The position numbers were made by a program, and so were the translations under genes. This document shows positions 29,732-38,943 of a DNA stretch of 64,000 nucleotides, piece after piece. The notes beneath the pieces are model-generated. The model had not been told where the DNA came from. It made no database searches and saw only the letters and a list, made by a program, of their open reading frames with translations. Source of the stretch: Candidatus Latescibacterota bacterium (GTDB lineage Bacteria > Latescibacterota > UBA2968). Within the stretch, counting starts at the first letter, position 1. Every line of letters starts with the position of its first letter. The stretch covers positions 5,760,001-5,824,000 of the forward strand of contig OZ242311.1 in NCBI GenBank assembly GCA_965207885.1, in the 5' to 3' direction.

Positions 29732-30384
29732 AAACCAGATGTCTCCGCCAGCCCTTTCAACCGTTCTTCGCGACTTTGTTTCAACGTATTCCCAAGTGGT
29801 TGAAGTGCTTGTGAACGAATGACCAGAACACCTTCTTTACGAACTATTGGTGGATTTTCATTGCTTGCAGATTTTGTACCAACATCGCTTACTGATTGAT
29901 TTGTAGATGAAGTCTTCATGTGTATCCAAATACTCTTTTCAAGATCCTGACATGCTTCTGGCGAGCGACAAAGAATAAAAATGGTATTCTCACCGGCGAG
30001 TGTTCCGGCAACTTCTGCCCATTCTGCTTGATCAATTGCTTCACAAACACCCTGAGCATGTCCAGTAATTGTCTTCAGAATCAGCGTATGAGCCACTGAC
30101 TCTACACCAATAACAAAGTCTCGCAACTCACGCCTCAACAGATCGTCACCCTGTAGCGACATCCGTTCTGAACCTATGGAAGTCTCTGGAATTTGATATC
30201 GAAAACCTCCTTCGCCATCGGGCACTTTTGCAATTCCCAGTTCCTTAATATCTTTTGACAGAGTCGATTGCGTAGTCGAAATTCCAACATCCTTCAACGC
30301 AGCATTCAGTTCTTCCTGGCGTGTGATAGGCCCTTCAGTAATTAGTTCTATAATTTTCTGATGGCGTTCGCTTTTTGCGCTCAT
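29728..30384 (-). CDS. argR: Arginine repressor with ~65-aa C-terminal antitoxin-like extension
   Basis: TQSTLSKDIKELG HTH and GTLAGENTIF motifs; extra tail PIVRKEGVLVIRS...SREERL. Confidence 0.88.
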   Translation of the reverse strand: MSAKSERHQKIIELITEGPITRQEELNAALKDVGISTTQSTLSKDIKELGIAKVPDGEGGFRYQIPETSIGSERMSLQGDDLLRRELRDFVIGVESVAHTLILKTITGHAQGVCEAIDQAEWAEVAGTLAGENTIFILCRSPEACQDLEKSIWIHMKTSSTNQSVSDVGTKSASNENPPIVRKEGVLVIRSQALQPLGNTLKQSREERLKGLAETSGL

Positions 30385-30468
30385 AATTTCCCTCCATGTT
30401 CCGAGGTACTTTTGCTTGCATTGCGATTCTTAATGGCAGGAAAAAATATACCAGAAACAAATACAAGT

Positions 30469-30506
30469 CAAGAATAAAAATTCAAAAAAATGAATTTTTA
30501 TTCCTT
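30469..30506. promoter_or_regulatory. Tandem ARG boxes next to the argR promoter
   Basis: AGAATAAAAATTCA and TGAATTTTTATTCC resemble TGAATnnnnATTCA; TTGACT -35 on the minus strand at 30466-30471. Confidence 0.65.
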
Positions 30507-32837
30507 TTTGGCATACTTATCTAACCACTCTGACATCTCCCACAAAACGTGCATAACCGACTCTCGCGCCCGATAGCCGTGGCTCTCGTGCGGCAACATC
30601 ACCAATCGGCAGATCGCGCCGTGTCCCTTGAGCGCATTGTAAAATCGCTCGCTCTGCATGGGAAACGTACCCGAATTATTATCTACCTCACCGTGAATAA
30701 GCAGCAAAGGCGCCTTAATTTTAGGCACATGATTAAAAGGAGACATCGTCGCATAAACATCTGCTGCTTGCCAGAACGTGCGCTCTTCTGCCTGAAAACC
30801 AAAAGGCGTCAACGTGCGATTATACGCGCCACTGCGCGCAATACCACAGCAAAACAAATCGGTATGTGCCAGCAAATTCGCCGTCATAAAACCGCCGTAA
30901 GAATGTCCCCCCACCGCCACTTTTTCTGGATCCGCCACGCCCAGGCGCACCAGTTCATCAACCGCGGCCCTTGCACTATCAGCAAGCTGCTCGACATAAG
31001 TATCATTCGCCTCGCGATCTCCCTCCCCCACAATCGGCATCGCCGGACCATCCAGCACAGCATAACCACGCGCCAAAAAAGGCAACGCACCGTGCGAACT
31101 GATACGCACAAAGCGAAAAGGAGAATCCTTCACCTGACCCGCGGCATCTGCACTCTTAAATTCGCGGGGATAAGCCCACATCAGCACTGGTAGCGGACCA
31201 TCGTCTCTTTTATATCCGGGCGGCAAATACAACGTCCCATTCAACTGCACCCCATCTTTGCGCTGGTACTGAACCAGCGACTTCTCCACCGCCTTCAACC
31301 GCGGCAGCGGATGAACAAAATACGTGAGTTGCCGCATATCATTGCGCACCAAATCTCGCACATAATAATTGGTCGGCTCATCAACACTCTCCCGGCTCAT
31401 CAACACCGTATTGGCATCTATCATCGTCGTTGGCCGCTCGTAAAACGGCCCCTGGGAATGCATGAGACGTTCCGCCTTACCCGTCTCCAGATCATAGCGA
31501 TCCAAAAATGGGCGATCGCCTTTGGGCGACGCACCATCACCTGCAAAAAACATATAGCGTTGCGACGCATCCGTCATCAACACAGACCGCCCATTGGGCA
31601 ACCGCGTAAACACAGGCGCGCCCGGCGCGCCATAGCGATCTTCCCACGACCGATCAAACAACACCTGCGGTTCAAAATCCGAATCATCCGGGCGAATGCG
31701 CCACGTACGCACGCGCCGCGTCTTCCACCAGCGCTCTGAAACCAACGCGAGATCACCCGTCCCCCACGAACACCCACCATAGCGCATCGCCAGCGACATA
31801 AGCACGCGCTCATCACCCTCATAAGGCGCGTCGAGCGCATATACAACATCGCGCACCGCCACATCCACCTCGGGATCGCCGCCATCCTGTGCCACAACCC
31901 ACGTCACGGTCGCAGGCGCGTCTGCCCGCCACCCAAACGAACGCGCACCTTCGGGCACGGCATCATACGCAATCGGAATAGACTCGGCCAATGGCAAATC
32001 CACCAGTTCGCGCACCTCGCGCCCATCCAGATCCCAAATCGCCACCTTTGTCGGAAAACGATACGAAGGCACCAGATACGAAAACGGTCGGTGATAAGTC
32101 GATACCATCACATAGCGACCATCTGGCGACGGATCAGCGCGACAAATCAACCCGGGAGACCCCAGATGCTTCACATCCCCATTCAGGCGCACAAGTGCAA
32201 CCTGAGAAGTGGCATAATATTCAAATAACAACTCATCGTGTGCATTCTTCAACAAATCTTGATACGTGCGCGATGGTGCTGCCCGCTCACCCACATTTTC
32301 CTGAATCACCGGGCCTTTGGGCACGCGGGGCTCCGCGGGGGGCCCACCCCGACCATCACACACCGCGCGCACCAACAGCCCCGAACTATCCGGCAACCAG
32401 ACCATAGCCCCACCAAACACCTGATTCAATTTCACATCGCCAACTGGACGCGCTCTGCCCGTCTTCGCATTGCCAACCCACAGATCAATCCCATTATCAC
32501 CCGTCAACGAAAAAGCAAACCACTGTCCATCGGGCGCCCAATAAGCCCGTCCAATTCTCGCATCCTTCGGCAACCCCGTCACAGGTATCTCACGACCATC
32601 GGCAATCCACTTGAGCGTCAGCCCATTGTAAAATCCCACGCGACTTTGCCCGTTCACATCCGGATCCAGACGCAAACCCGCCAGACGCAACTCGGACCGC
32701 GACACCTCTTCAATAGACGGTGCGCCTGGACGGTGCATCATCAACAGCACTGTCCTCGTCGGATCAATACTAAACGAAGGCGTCAAAGGCGCATCAACAA
32801 TCGCGGCGAGTTCTTCCGGCGGCATCTCGTAAGGCAT
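30498..32837 (-). CDS. S9 family prolyl oligopeptidase / glutamyl endopeptidase-like
   Basis: GGHSYGG nucleophile, HGEVDNN, HESHGY, beta-propeller N-terminus. Confidence 0.92.
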   Translation of the reverse strand: MPYEMPPEELAAIVDAPLTPSFSIDPTRTVLLMMHRPGAPSIEEVSRSELRLAGLRLDPDVNGQSRVGFYNGLTLKWIADGREIPVTGLPKDARIGRAYWAPDGQWFAFSLTGDNGIDLWVGNAKTGRARPVGDVKLNQVFGGAMVWLPDSSGLLVRAVCDGRGGPPAEPRVPKGPVIQENVGERAAPSRTYQDLLKNAHDELLFEYYATSQVALVRLNGDVKHLGSPGLICRADPSPDGRYVMVSTYHRPFSYLVPSYRFPTKVAIWDLDGREVRELVDLPLAESIPIAYDAVPEGARSFGWRADAPATVTWVVAQDGGDPEVDVAVRDVVYALDAPYEGDERVLMSLAMRYGGCSWGTGDLALVSERWWKTRRVRTWRIRPDDSDFEPQVLFDRSWEDRYGAPGAPVFTRLPNGRSVLMTDASQRYMFFAGDGASPKGDRPFLDRYDLETGKAERLMHSQGPFYERPTTMIDANTVLMSRESVDEPTNYYVRDLVRNDMRQLTYFVHPLPRLKAVEKSLVQYQRKDGVQLNGTLYLPPGYKRDDGPLPVLMWAYPREFKSADAAGQVKDSPFRFVRISSHGALPFLARGYAVLDGPAMPIVGEGDREANDTYVEQLADSARAAVDELVRLGVADPEKVAVGGHSYGGFMTANLLAHTDLFCCGIARSGAYNRTLTPFGFQAEERTFWQAADVYATMSPFNHVPKIKAPLLLIHGEVDNNSGTFPMQSERFYNALKGHGAICRLVMLPHESHGYRARESVMHVLWEMSEWLDKYAKKE

Positions 32838-32886
32838 GATTTTTTATCCCCTTTAATTTGAATTGACCAAACCACATAGTAATGCT

Positions 32887-33216
32887 TTAGCCCTGGGAGT
32901 GCGTCAAATTCACAGGTCTTATTTCTGCAAGTTCGTCTTTCAAAGATTGCTCTACACGCCACAAATCACAAGCTTGTTGCAGGCGCAACCAGAGTCCAGG
33001 ACCGTTGCCGACGAGTTTTCCTATTCTAAGTGCCATTTCTATTGTAATCGGATGCGTACAGGCCAGAACGCGATGCAACTGTTGACGCGAAACACCGAGT
33101 CGCCGAGCAGCTTCGCTAACCGATAACTCAAGCGATGGCAATACATCTTCGCGCAGAATCTCACCCGGATGAACAGGCGCGCGCTTCAACGGACGTTTGA
33201 CGGAATATTCGGCCAT
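32887..33216 (-). CDS. higA: HigA antitoxin
   Basis: PVHPGEILREDVL, HTH, LWLRLQ. Confidence 0.92.
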   Translation of the reverse strand: MAEYSVKRPLKRAPVHPGEILREDVLPSLELSVSEAARRLGVSRQQLHRVLACTHPITIEMALRIGKLVGNGPGLWLRLQQACDLWRVEQSLKDELAEIRPVNLTHSQG

Positions 33217-33223
33217 TGTCACC

Positions 33224-33499
33224 TCAATGATATTGCTCAAGATTGACCCTGAATGCATCACCATCTTGCCATTCGAACGTAATACACCACGGGCCATTGA
33301 CATGAATACTATAACGTTTGGGTAATCCTTGCAGACCGTGAAAATTGAATCCCGGCATATTCAAGTCTGTCAATGATTCCGCTTGATCGAGAACTTCCAA
33401 ACGACGTAAGCAGCGCCTTTGCAAATCCCAACGCACTCGGCGGCTGTGACCGCGTTCGAAAAGCTCGATAAGACCTTTATGCTTAAAGCTTATGATCAT
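33224..33499 (-). CDS. higB: HigB (RelE-like) toxin
   Basis: MIISFKHKGL, YSIHVNGPWCITFEW, LEQYH. Confidence 0.92.
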   Translation of the reverse strand: MIISFKHKGLIELFERGHSRRVRWDLQRRCLRRLEVLDQAESLTDLNMPGFNFHGLQGLPKRYSIHVNGPWCITFEWQDGDAFRVNLEQYH

Positions 33500-33508
33500 T
33501 TATAAAAA

Positions 33509-33534
33509 TGTAACATACTTTGTTACACTGTCAA
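33509..33534 (-). promoter_or_regulatory. higBA operator palindrome and -35 box
   Basis: TGTAACA-N5-TGTTACA next to TTGACA on the minus strand. Confidence 0.6.
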
Positions 33535-33709
33535 CAATTATTAATACCTTTCGCGTCGGCTCGGGTGTTGACCAGATAAACTTGCGACACAAATTCTCAA
33601 CACAAAAACGCCATCAGCTATTTTGCTGATGGCGTTCGTGCGTACCTCCTCATCGTAATATCTCAAAGGCAACGATTGAAACGCAAGGGCAAAATTTATG
33701 CTATAGCCC

Positions 33710-34252
33710 CTATCTTAGACGCACGAGTTGAAGAGAATAATTAGTTGAGATGATTTGTCCTCTGGTATTGGCTTTCAGAGAATCCAAAAGAGATGCGAAT
33801 TCCTCTGCACTCATTGCCATTACGACTGGTGTGACACCTGTTGTATCGGGTAAATTTAGTATCGTCCGAACATAGGTCTCAGGCACATCGCGAAATGAGA
33901 GAATACTATCCGTTACTGTCGCCGAGTAAAGGTAATAGCGGTCTTCAGGATACTCTCTCCTAAATCCCCAACCGAATGTGCCCCTTATACCAATGTACCG
34001 ATCATTGAGGAAATATTTGCCAGAGAAATTCTCATAAAATCCTATGGGTGGAGAATGGATATAACCACAAGAACTATCAGCACGAGTGCCAAAAAAATAA
34101 AAGAAATTAGAATTTACCCAGTTACCTACGAGATTTTCATAACTTAGTTCTTTAGACTGAAGTTCTGGCTCCTTTATTGGTTCTGGCCCCGTGCTCTTAT
34201 CGTCACAACTCAGGAGGCAAAACGCAAGCAGAATACACCAAAAGCACCTCAT
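33710..34252 (-). CDS. Hypothetical lipoprotein (paralog of 37018-37644)
   Basis: Lipobox LLSC; same signal peptide and C-terminal ILNLPDTTGVTPVVMAM as its paralog. Confidence 0.75.
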   Translation of the reverse strand: MRCFWCILLAFCLLSCDDKSTGPEPIKEPELQSKELSYENLVGNWVNSNFFYFFGTRADSSCGYIHSPPIGFYENFSGKYFLNDRYIGIRGTFGWGFRREYPEDRYYLYSATVTDSILSFRDVPETYVRTILNLPDTTGVTPVVMAMSAEEFASLLDSLKANTRGQIISTNYSLQLVRLR

Positions 34253-34267
34253 CGCAACCTCCGCTAT

Positions 34268-34390
34268 TTAGCGGCTTGTCACATCGGTTTTCAATCCATT
34301 GACCAAACCGCGAAAGTCGCTCACCAGCCAATCGTCACCTACACGAAGCATTTGCAGGGTGAGTGAGCCTGGTGAGCGACTTTTGTAAGG
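34268..34390 (-). pseudogene. Duplicated 3' fragment of the 37660-38421 gene
   Basis: Encodes PYKSRSPGSLTLQMLRVGDDWLVSDFRGLVNGLKTDVTSR*, nearly identical to the end of the 253-aa ORF. Confidence 0.8.
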
Positions 34391-34410
34391 ACCTTCCAAT
34401 CGCTGCAGAT

Positions 34411-36969
34411 TTACTTCAAGATCAACATCTTGCGCGTGTCCAAAAATTCACCTGCGGTGATCTGGTAAAAATAAATCCCACTGGACACCGAACGCCCGAA
34501 GTCGTCCTTACTGTTCCACACCACGCGATAGCGACCTGCGGGTTTGAACGCATTGACAAGCGTGCGAATCTCCTGACCCAACACATTGTAGATTACCAGC
34601 TTGACCTGTTCACTTTGAGGCAGGGAATAGGAGATAATGGTTTCTGGATTGAAGGGATTTGGCGCGTTCTGAGATAACGAAAATACCAGAGGCGCCTCTT
34701 CAGTTTTCAAGACAGCGGGTTTTGTGCTACTCGTGCCATCACCACTGGACACAGACGTATATTCCGTAGTCCCACCATATCTGCCCATGTTGATTGTTGA
34801 ATTATCAGCCTCTGTCATGCTTGGATCACCCGCATCAATTAAAGGTGAACTTGCCTGCAGGTGATAATCGTTCTCTTCGGATGTATCGGATGCATGCGCG
34901 ACAAATTTTGGATCAACAGAAACATTGCCCGTACTTCCAACGGTCGGCATGGCGGTATATACACCCTGAAAATCAGCACCTGTTGGCGGTGCTCCAAATA
35001 CATCGCTATATCGCAGTGTTAAGGCTGGAGAACTAAAGTTTGTACCCGCTGTATAAATACCGTTCTCGTTAAAAGCGACAATGGTGTTTTTAAGCTGCAT
35101 GGAGGGACTATCTCCATCCTCGACAAACTCCACTCCTTGGTAATTGTCTGCAATCGTGGCATTGGTCAGTTGTACATGACCTGTTCCATAAAGTCCTGCA
35201 ACTATACCCTTCAGGCTTTGATACAGACCAATATTTGTCAGTTCTAACTGGGTTGAGCTGGCTCCTGCGTGCACTTTCATCCCAAAGTGGTTTGCAGACA
35301 AATCTGTTTCAGAAATGGTTGTCTTACCTTGATAAGAAGTCACTTCGACACCGACTTCGGCATCGCTAATAACACAATGTTGGAGGGTCAAGGTGCCGCC
35401 CTCGTTGCGAATGCCACCCCAATCGTCTTTGCCGGGCGAATCATAGGAATCTATATTGAGTGAAGATTGCAAAGTAATTGGAGAATTCAGAGTGCCATTA
35501 GCAGTTAAAGTGCCACCTTGTTTGATAACGATTTCAATTTTTTGAGCATCCCAACCGGTTTCATAAGCATCTGTATTGGGGCGCAAAAAAATACGTGTAC
35601 CAGGCTGAATGGTCAGCGTAACACCGCTAATGACCTCCACATCACCCACAAGAACAATCTCATTGCTCCATGTCGTATTGCTTGTAATCTGCCGCCCTGG
35701 CACATCATACCCGGTCGCCTTGAGATAGTTAGCGACCATCTCTGCTTCCCACTGATTTACAGACCGGCTCCAATCCCAGTTTGTAGCTCCATCTTCCCAG
35801 AAACGGGCGGGATAGTCATAACCGTCAGCGTATGGAATATCGCGAAACGGCTTGACAAAGTTATTTACTGATGGTGGTGGGTTCGTATAATTCCCAGAAC
35901 TTGGGGGATCAGGCGTACCAATATGTTGGCGCTGTTCGTCGTCAAGATAGTGTAACTGATACCATAAAGTCGGACTACTAACGTTATTATTTGCAAGATA
36001 CACGCTATCTTCGACTATGCGAATAAATGTCTTAAAATTCTCCCAATTATTCTGATACGTCTTTCTGGTGTCTATCCATTCCAGATCTCCAGATAGAATA
36101 TTAGCAGTCGATAATGAAGGCGCAATAAGCATATTATTCAATAATGGTGCTGTATCTCTAATATCCTCCATTGCCGTTCCAAGAGTACCATCAAAATGAC
36201 TTGGATGAGCGGACATCAGCACACCAAGACAGGCGAAATCAGGTGCGTTTGGTCCGGTCGAAATTGCCTCCCAATCAATGCCATGCCTCCTGTATTCATG
36301 ATTTAGATCATCACCTCTCACTTCATGCGCACTGCCGAATACCCATAGCTTGGCATTGGGATAAAACTCAGTCAAGATACTTTTGTATTTGTGGATGATC
36401 TTTGCATGCAGGCCACTGACTGCTTTAGGTGTCCATTTCCCGGTTGAAAGTGTATCAGATGCCAAGATTATGCCTCGACTGATTGCCGAATCTACCGTAG
36501 TTTTGTAAGGCCATTCGTTATTGTAAAAGACATGGGCAATTGCATCAGAGGCGAGTGCAGGAGTCTTGGGCTCATCATTGTCACTCCAACTATCAAGACT
36601 ATCTCTAAAAGTTCTGATAGGATTCTTTTTGGTGCTATCAGGGTGGCTATAAGCCAAAATATTGCCCGGCCAATCTCCAGGGTTTAGTGACATGTGATCG
36701 TTGGCCAGACCAATCATGAGTTTCTTATTTGCGATCCGAGTAATGGAATCAATGCGTGCTCTGTTTAAGACATTACTGGATAGTCTGATTATGTCAAATC
36801 CCTCTAATTGACTAATCGTGTTATTTTGGAGCCAGATTGCGCCGTTGTAAAAGGCGCGATCCCCTCCCAAACACACAGCAGGATACATCAGCATGAAACA
36901 AAAAATAAGCTTTGCCATACTCAAAATCTGAGTTTGAAACTTGATTTTTAATCCAGAAGTAATTTTCAT
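34411..36969 (-). CDS. Secreted protein with beta-helix region and FlgD/T9SS-like C-terminal domain
   Basis: Signal peptide, parallel beta-helix-like repeats, YHLQASSPLIDAG, LSQNAPNPFNPET...TRKMLILK. Confidence 0.8.
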   Translation of the reverse strand: MKITSGLKIKFQTQILSMAKLIFCFMLMYPAVCLGGDRAFYNGAIWLQNNTISQLEGFDIIRLSSNVLNRARIDSITRIANKKLMIGLANDHMSLNPGDWPGNILAYSHPDSTKKNPIRTFRDSLDSWSDNDEPKTPALASDAIAHVFYNNEWPYKTTVDSAISRGIILASDTLSTGKWTPKAVSGLHAKIIHKYKSILTEFYPNAKLWVFGSAHEVRGDDLNHEYRRHGIDWEAISTGPNAPDFACLGVLMSAHPSHFDGTLGTAMEDIRDTAPLLNNMLIAPSLSTANILSGDLEWIDTRKTYQNNWENFKTFIRIVEDSVYLANNNVSSPTLWYQLHYLDDEQRQHIGTPDPPSSGNYTNPPPSVNNFVKPFRDIPYADGYDYPARFWEDGATNWDWSRSVNQWEAEMVANYLKATGYDVPGRQITSNTTWSNEIVLVGDVEVISGVTLTIQPGTRIFLRPNTDAYETGWDAQKIEIVIKQGGTLTANGTLNSPITLQSSLNIDSYDSPGKDDWGGIRNEGGTLTLQHCVISDAEVGVEVTSYQGKTTISETDLSANHFGMKVHAGASSTQLELTNIGLYQSLKGIVAGLYGTGHVQLTNATIADNYQGVEFVEDGDSPSMQLKNTIVAFNENGIYTAGTNFSSPALTLRYSDVFGAPPTGADFQGVYTAMPTVGSTGNVSVDPKFVAHASDTSEENDYHLQASSPLIDAGDPSMTEADNSTINMGRYGGTTEYTSVSSGDGTSSTKPAVLKTEEAPLVFSLSQNAPNPFNPETIISYSLPQSEQVKLVIYNVLGQEIRTLVNAFKPAGRYRVVWNSKDDFGRSVSSGIYFYQITAGEFLDTRKMLILK

Positions 36970-37017
36970 TGTTTTCCTTTCAGGTATTATACTGGTAAAA
37001 AAAGAGCAGAATCAATG

Positions 37018-37644
37018 CTATTGCCTGAATTTTATGAGTTGAAAAGGGTTATCCGCTTGGATGATTTTTCCTCTGGTATTGGCTTTCAGAGAATCCAAAA
37101 AAGATGCGAATTCCTGTGCATTCATTGCCATTACAACTGGTGTGACACCTGTTGTATCGGGTAAATTCAGTATCGCCCGAAGATAGGCCTCGGGCACACT
37201 GCGAAGTGTGAGGACATCGACAGGATGAGGCACACCACCACTCACGCGAATACTATCAGTGAGTCTCGCCAGGTATAAATAATACCGATCCTCGGGATTC
37301 TCTCTCAGACGTCCGATACTGAATGTGCCTCTTATACCAATGTACGGATCATTGAGGAAATATTTTCCATGGAATTGCTCATAAAATCTAAAGAATACAT
37401 AATTCGACTCAGTATAAAAAAAAGAACTATCTGCACGGGTGCCCAGGGAATATGACAGGTTTGAATATCCTGTCCAAAAACCAGCGAGGTTCTCATAACT
37501 CAGTTCTTTATACTGGGTTTCTGGTTCTGGTCCTGGTTCTGGTCCTGGTTCTGGTCCTGGTTCTGGTCCTGGTTCTGGTCCTGTACTATTACCACCACAA
37601 CTCAGGAGGCAAAACGCAAGCAGAATACACCAAAAGCACCTCAT
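37018..37644 (-). CDS. Hypothetical lipoprotein with (PEPG)n linker
   Basis: Lipobox LLSC; 12-bp tandem repeat encoding GPEP at ~37522-37582. Confidence 0.78.
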   Translation of the reverse strand: MRCFWCILLAFCLLSCGGNSTGPEPGPEPGPEPGPEPGPEPETQYKELSYENLAGFWTGYSNLSYSLGTRADSSFFYTESNYVFFRFYEQFHGKYFLNDPYIGIRGTFSIGRLRENPEDRYYLYLARLTDSIRVSGGVPHPVDVLTLRSVPEAYLRAILNLPDTTGVTPVVMAMNAQEFASFLDSLKANTRGKIIQADNPFQLIKFRQ

Positions 37645-37659
37645 GCCAACCTCCGCTAT

Positions 37660-38421
37660 TTAGCGGCTTGTCACATCGGTTTTCAATCCATTGACCAAAC
37701 CGCGAAAGTCGCTCACCAGCCAATCGTCGCCAACTCGCAACATTCGCAGTGTGAGTGAGCCGGGTGAGCGATTTTTATAAGGACGACTCAACCGCGTGGC
37801 ATGACCTACGATGTCATACTTCCATTGTGCTGTGACCGTAGCTGATTGACCGTGATACTGTATGCTTACCAACTCAATCACGATACGCACATCTCGCGGC
37901 AAGCCATCAAACATGCTCAGAAAGGTCTTGCGAATCTCTCGACGCTCTGCCTCAGTATAATCTTGCTCGGCGGTGGTGGTCACTGTGTGACCTTCGCTGA
38001 AGAATATAGAGCGACGATCAATGCGCTGGGTGATGGTCCTGATAGAATCTGATTCGTTTACCACAACAGAAGAGGTATCTTCTGAAGTTATCCCACCGGG
38101 AATATTCCCTGGACTTGGAGGCGTTGCTGTACTGTCAGTGGTTGAACCCACTGGTCCGGGCACTGTGCGGTAGCGATCTTCGTCAATTGGTCCCGTCAAT
38201 GCCCCCAACTCAAAATTTCTGAATTGTTTGACAAATATTGTTGCAGTATGCCAGATGAGTCCCTCGTCGTAAATCTGTTCAGCCGATTTATCGCTGTTGG
38301 GAAATAACTCTGCGATTCGTGCAATTGCCTCTGCGCGAGAAGATTGTTGTGCATCGGCGGCATTACTCAGCACAATGAATCCCAGAATGGGTATCGTCCA
38401 TTGTTTCAAAAATCGTTTCAT
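37660..38421 (-). CDS. Hypothetical secreted protein (NTF2-like C-terminus possible)
   Basis: Signal peptide ending AADA; RBS AAGGAG upstream. Confidence 0.7.
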   Translation of the reverse strand: MKRFLKQWTIPILGFIVLSNAADAQQSSRAEAIARIAELFPNSDKSAEQIYDEGLIWHTATIFVKQFRNFELGALTGPIDEDRYRTVPGPVGSTTDSTATPPSPGNIPGGITSEDTSSVVVNESDSIRTITQRIDRRSIFFSEGHTVTTTAEQDYTEAERREIRKTFLSMFDGLPRDVRIVIELVSIQYHGQSATVTAQWKYDIVGHATRLSRPYKNRSPGSLTLRMLRVGDDWLVSDFRGLVNGLKTDVTSR

Positions 38422-38627
38422 CTATAATCTCCTTGTTTGGGTTGTCCGTGTCAAAAAGTATTTATCCTATCTCCGCAAAGTATAGACAGGCCAGCCATAT
38501 CTATCATTCACCGCTCAAAGTCAGCTTGTGTCACGTTTCCGTTGTCATGTTATCCTCCTTTCCTGTAAAAAACGAATGTCTCCCCCTTTTTTATCTCGCA
38601 AGATGCGTGCGTAAAATCGTTTTATAG

Positions 38628-38643
38628 TGCAAAATGCGTGCCA
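38628..38643 (-). promoter_or_regulatory. Sigma54 promoter for the secreted-protein locus
   Basis: Minus strand TGGCACGCATTTTGCA; GTGCATCC-N4-GGATGCAC palindromes upstream at 38751-38774 and 38833-38854. Confidence 0.72.
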
Positions 38644-38943
38644 GAAAACGTTTTCAAATAAAAAAAAACACTTGAAGACACTCAAGTGCTTGAAAAACAA
38701 AGAGATAAAATTTAAGAATTATTTGTGCTATGCCTGCGAGTTTCAGGCGCAAGTGCATCCGCCAGGATGCACTTATAACCGCTTATTTAAGTGAAATACA
38801 AATAAATATTTGATTTATATGAAGATAAGAAAAGTGCATCCGCTGGGATGCACTGCATACAACAGGATGCACCTGTTCAATGTATATCCCGGTGTACAGG
38901 TCTTGCCAATGCCGATTTTTCGCTGTCTTCTATTCCCCTTTCC

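Noticed and set aside
38533-38560. Strong RBS followed by MTTET* on the minus strand
   Set aside because: Only 5 codons; it could be a leader peptide or relic, but there is no supporting evidence
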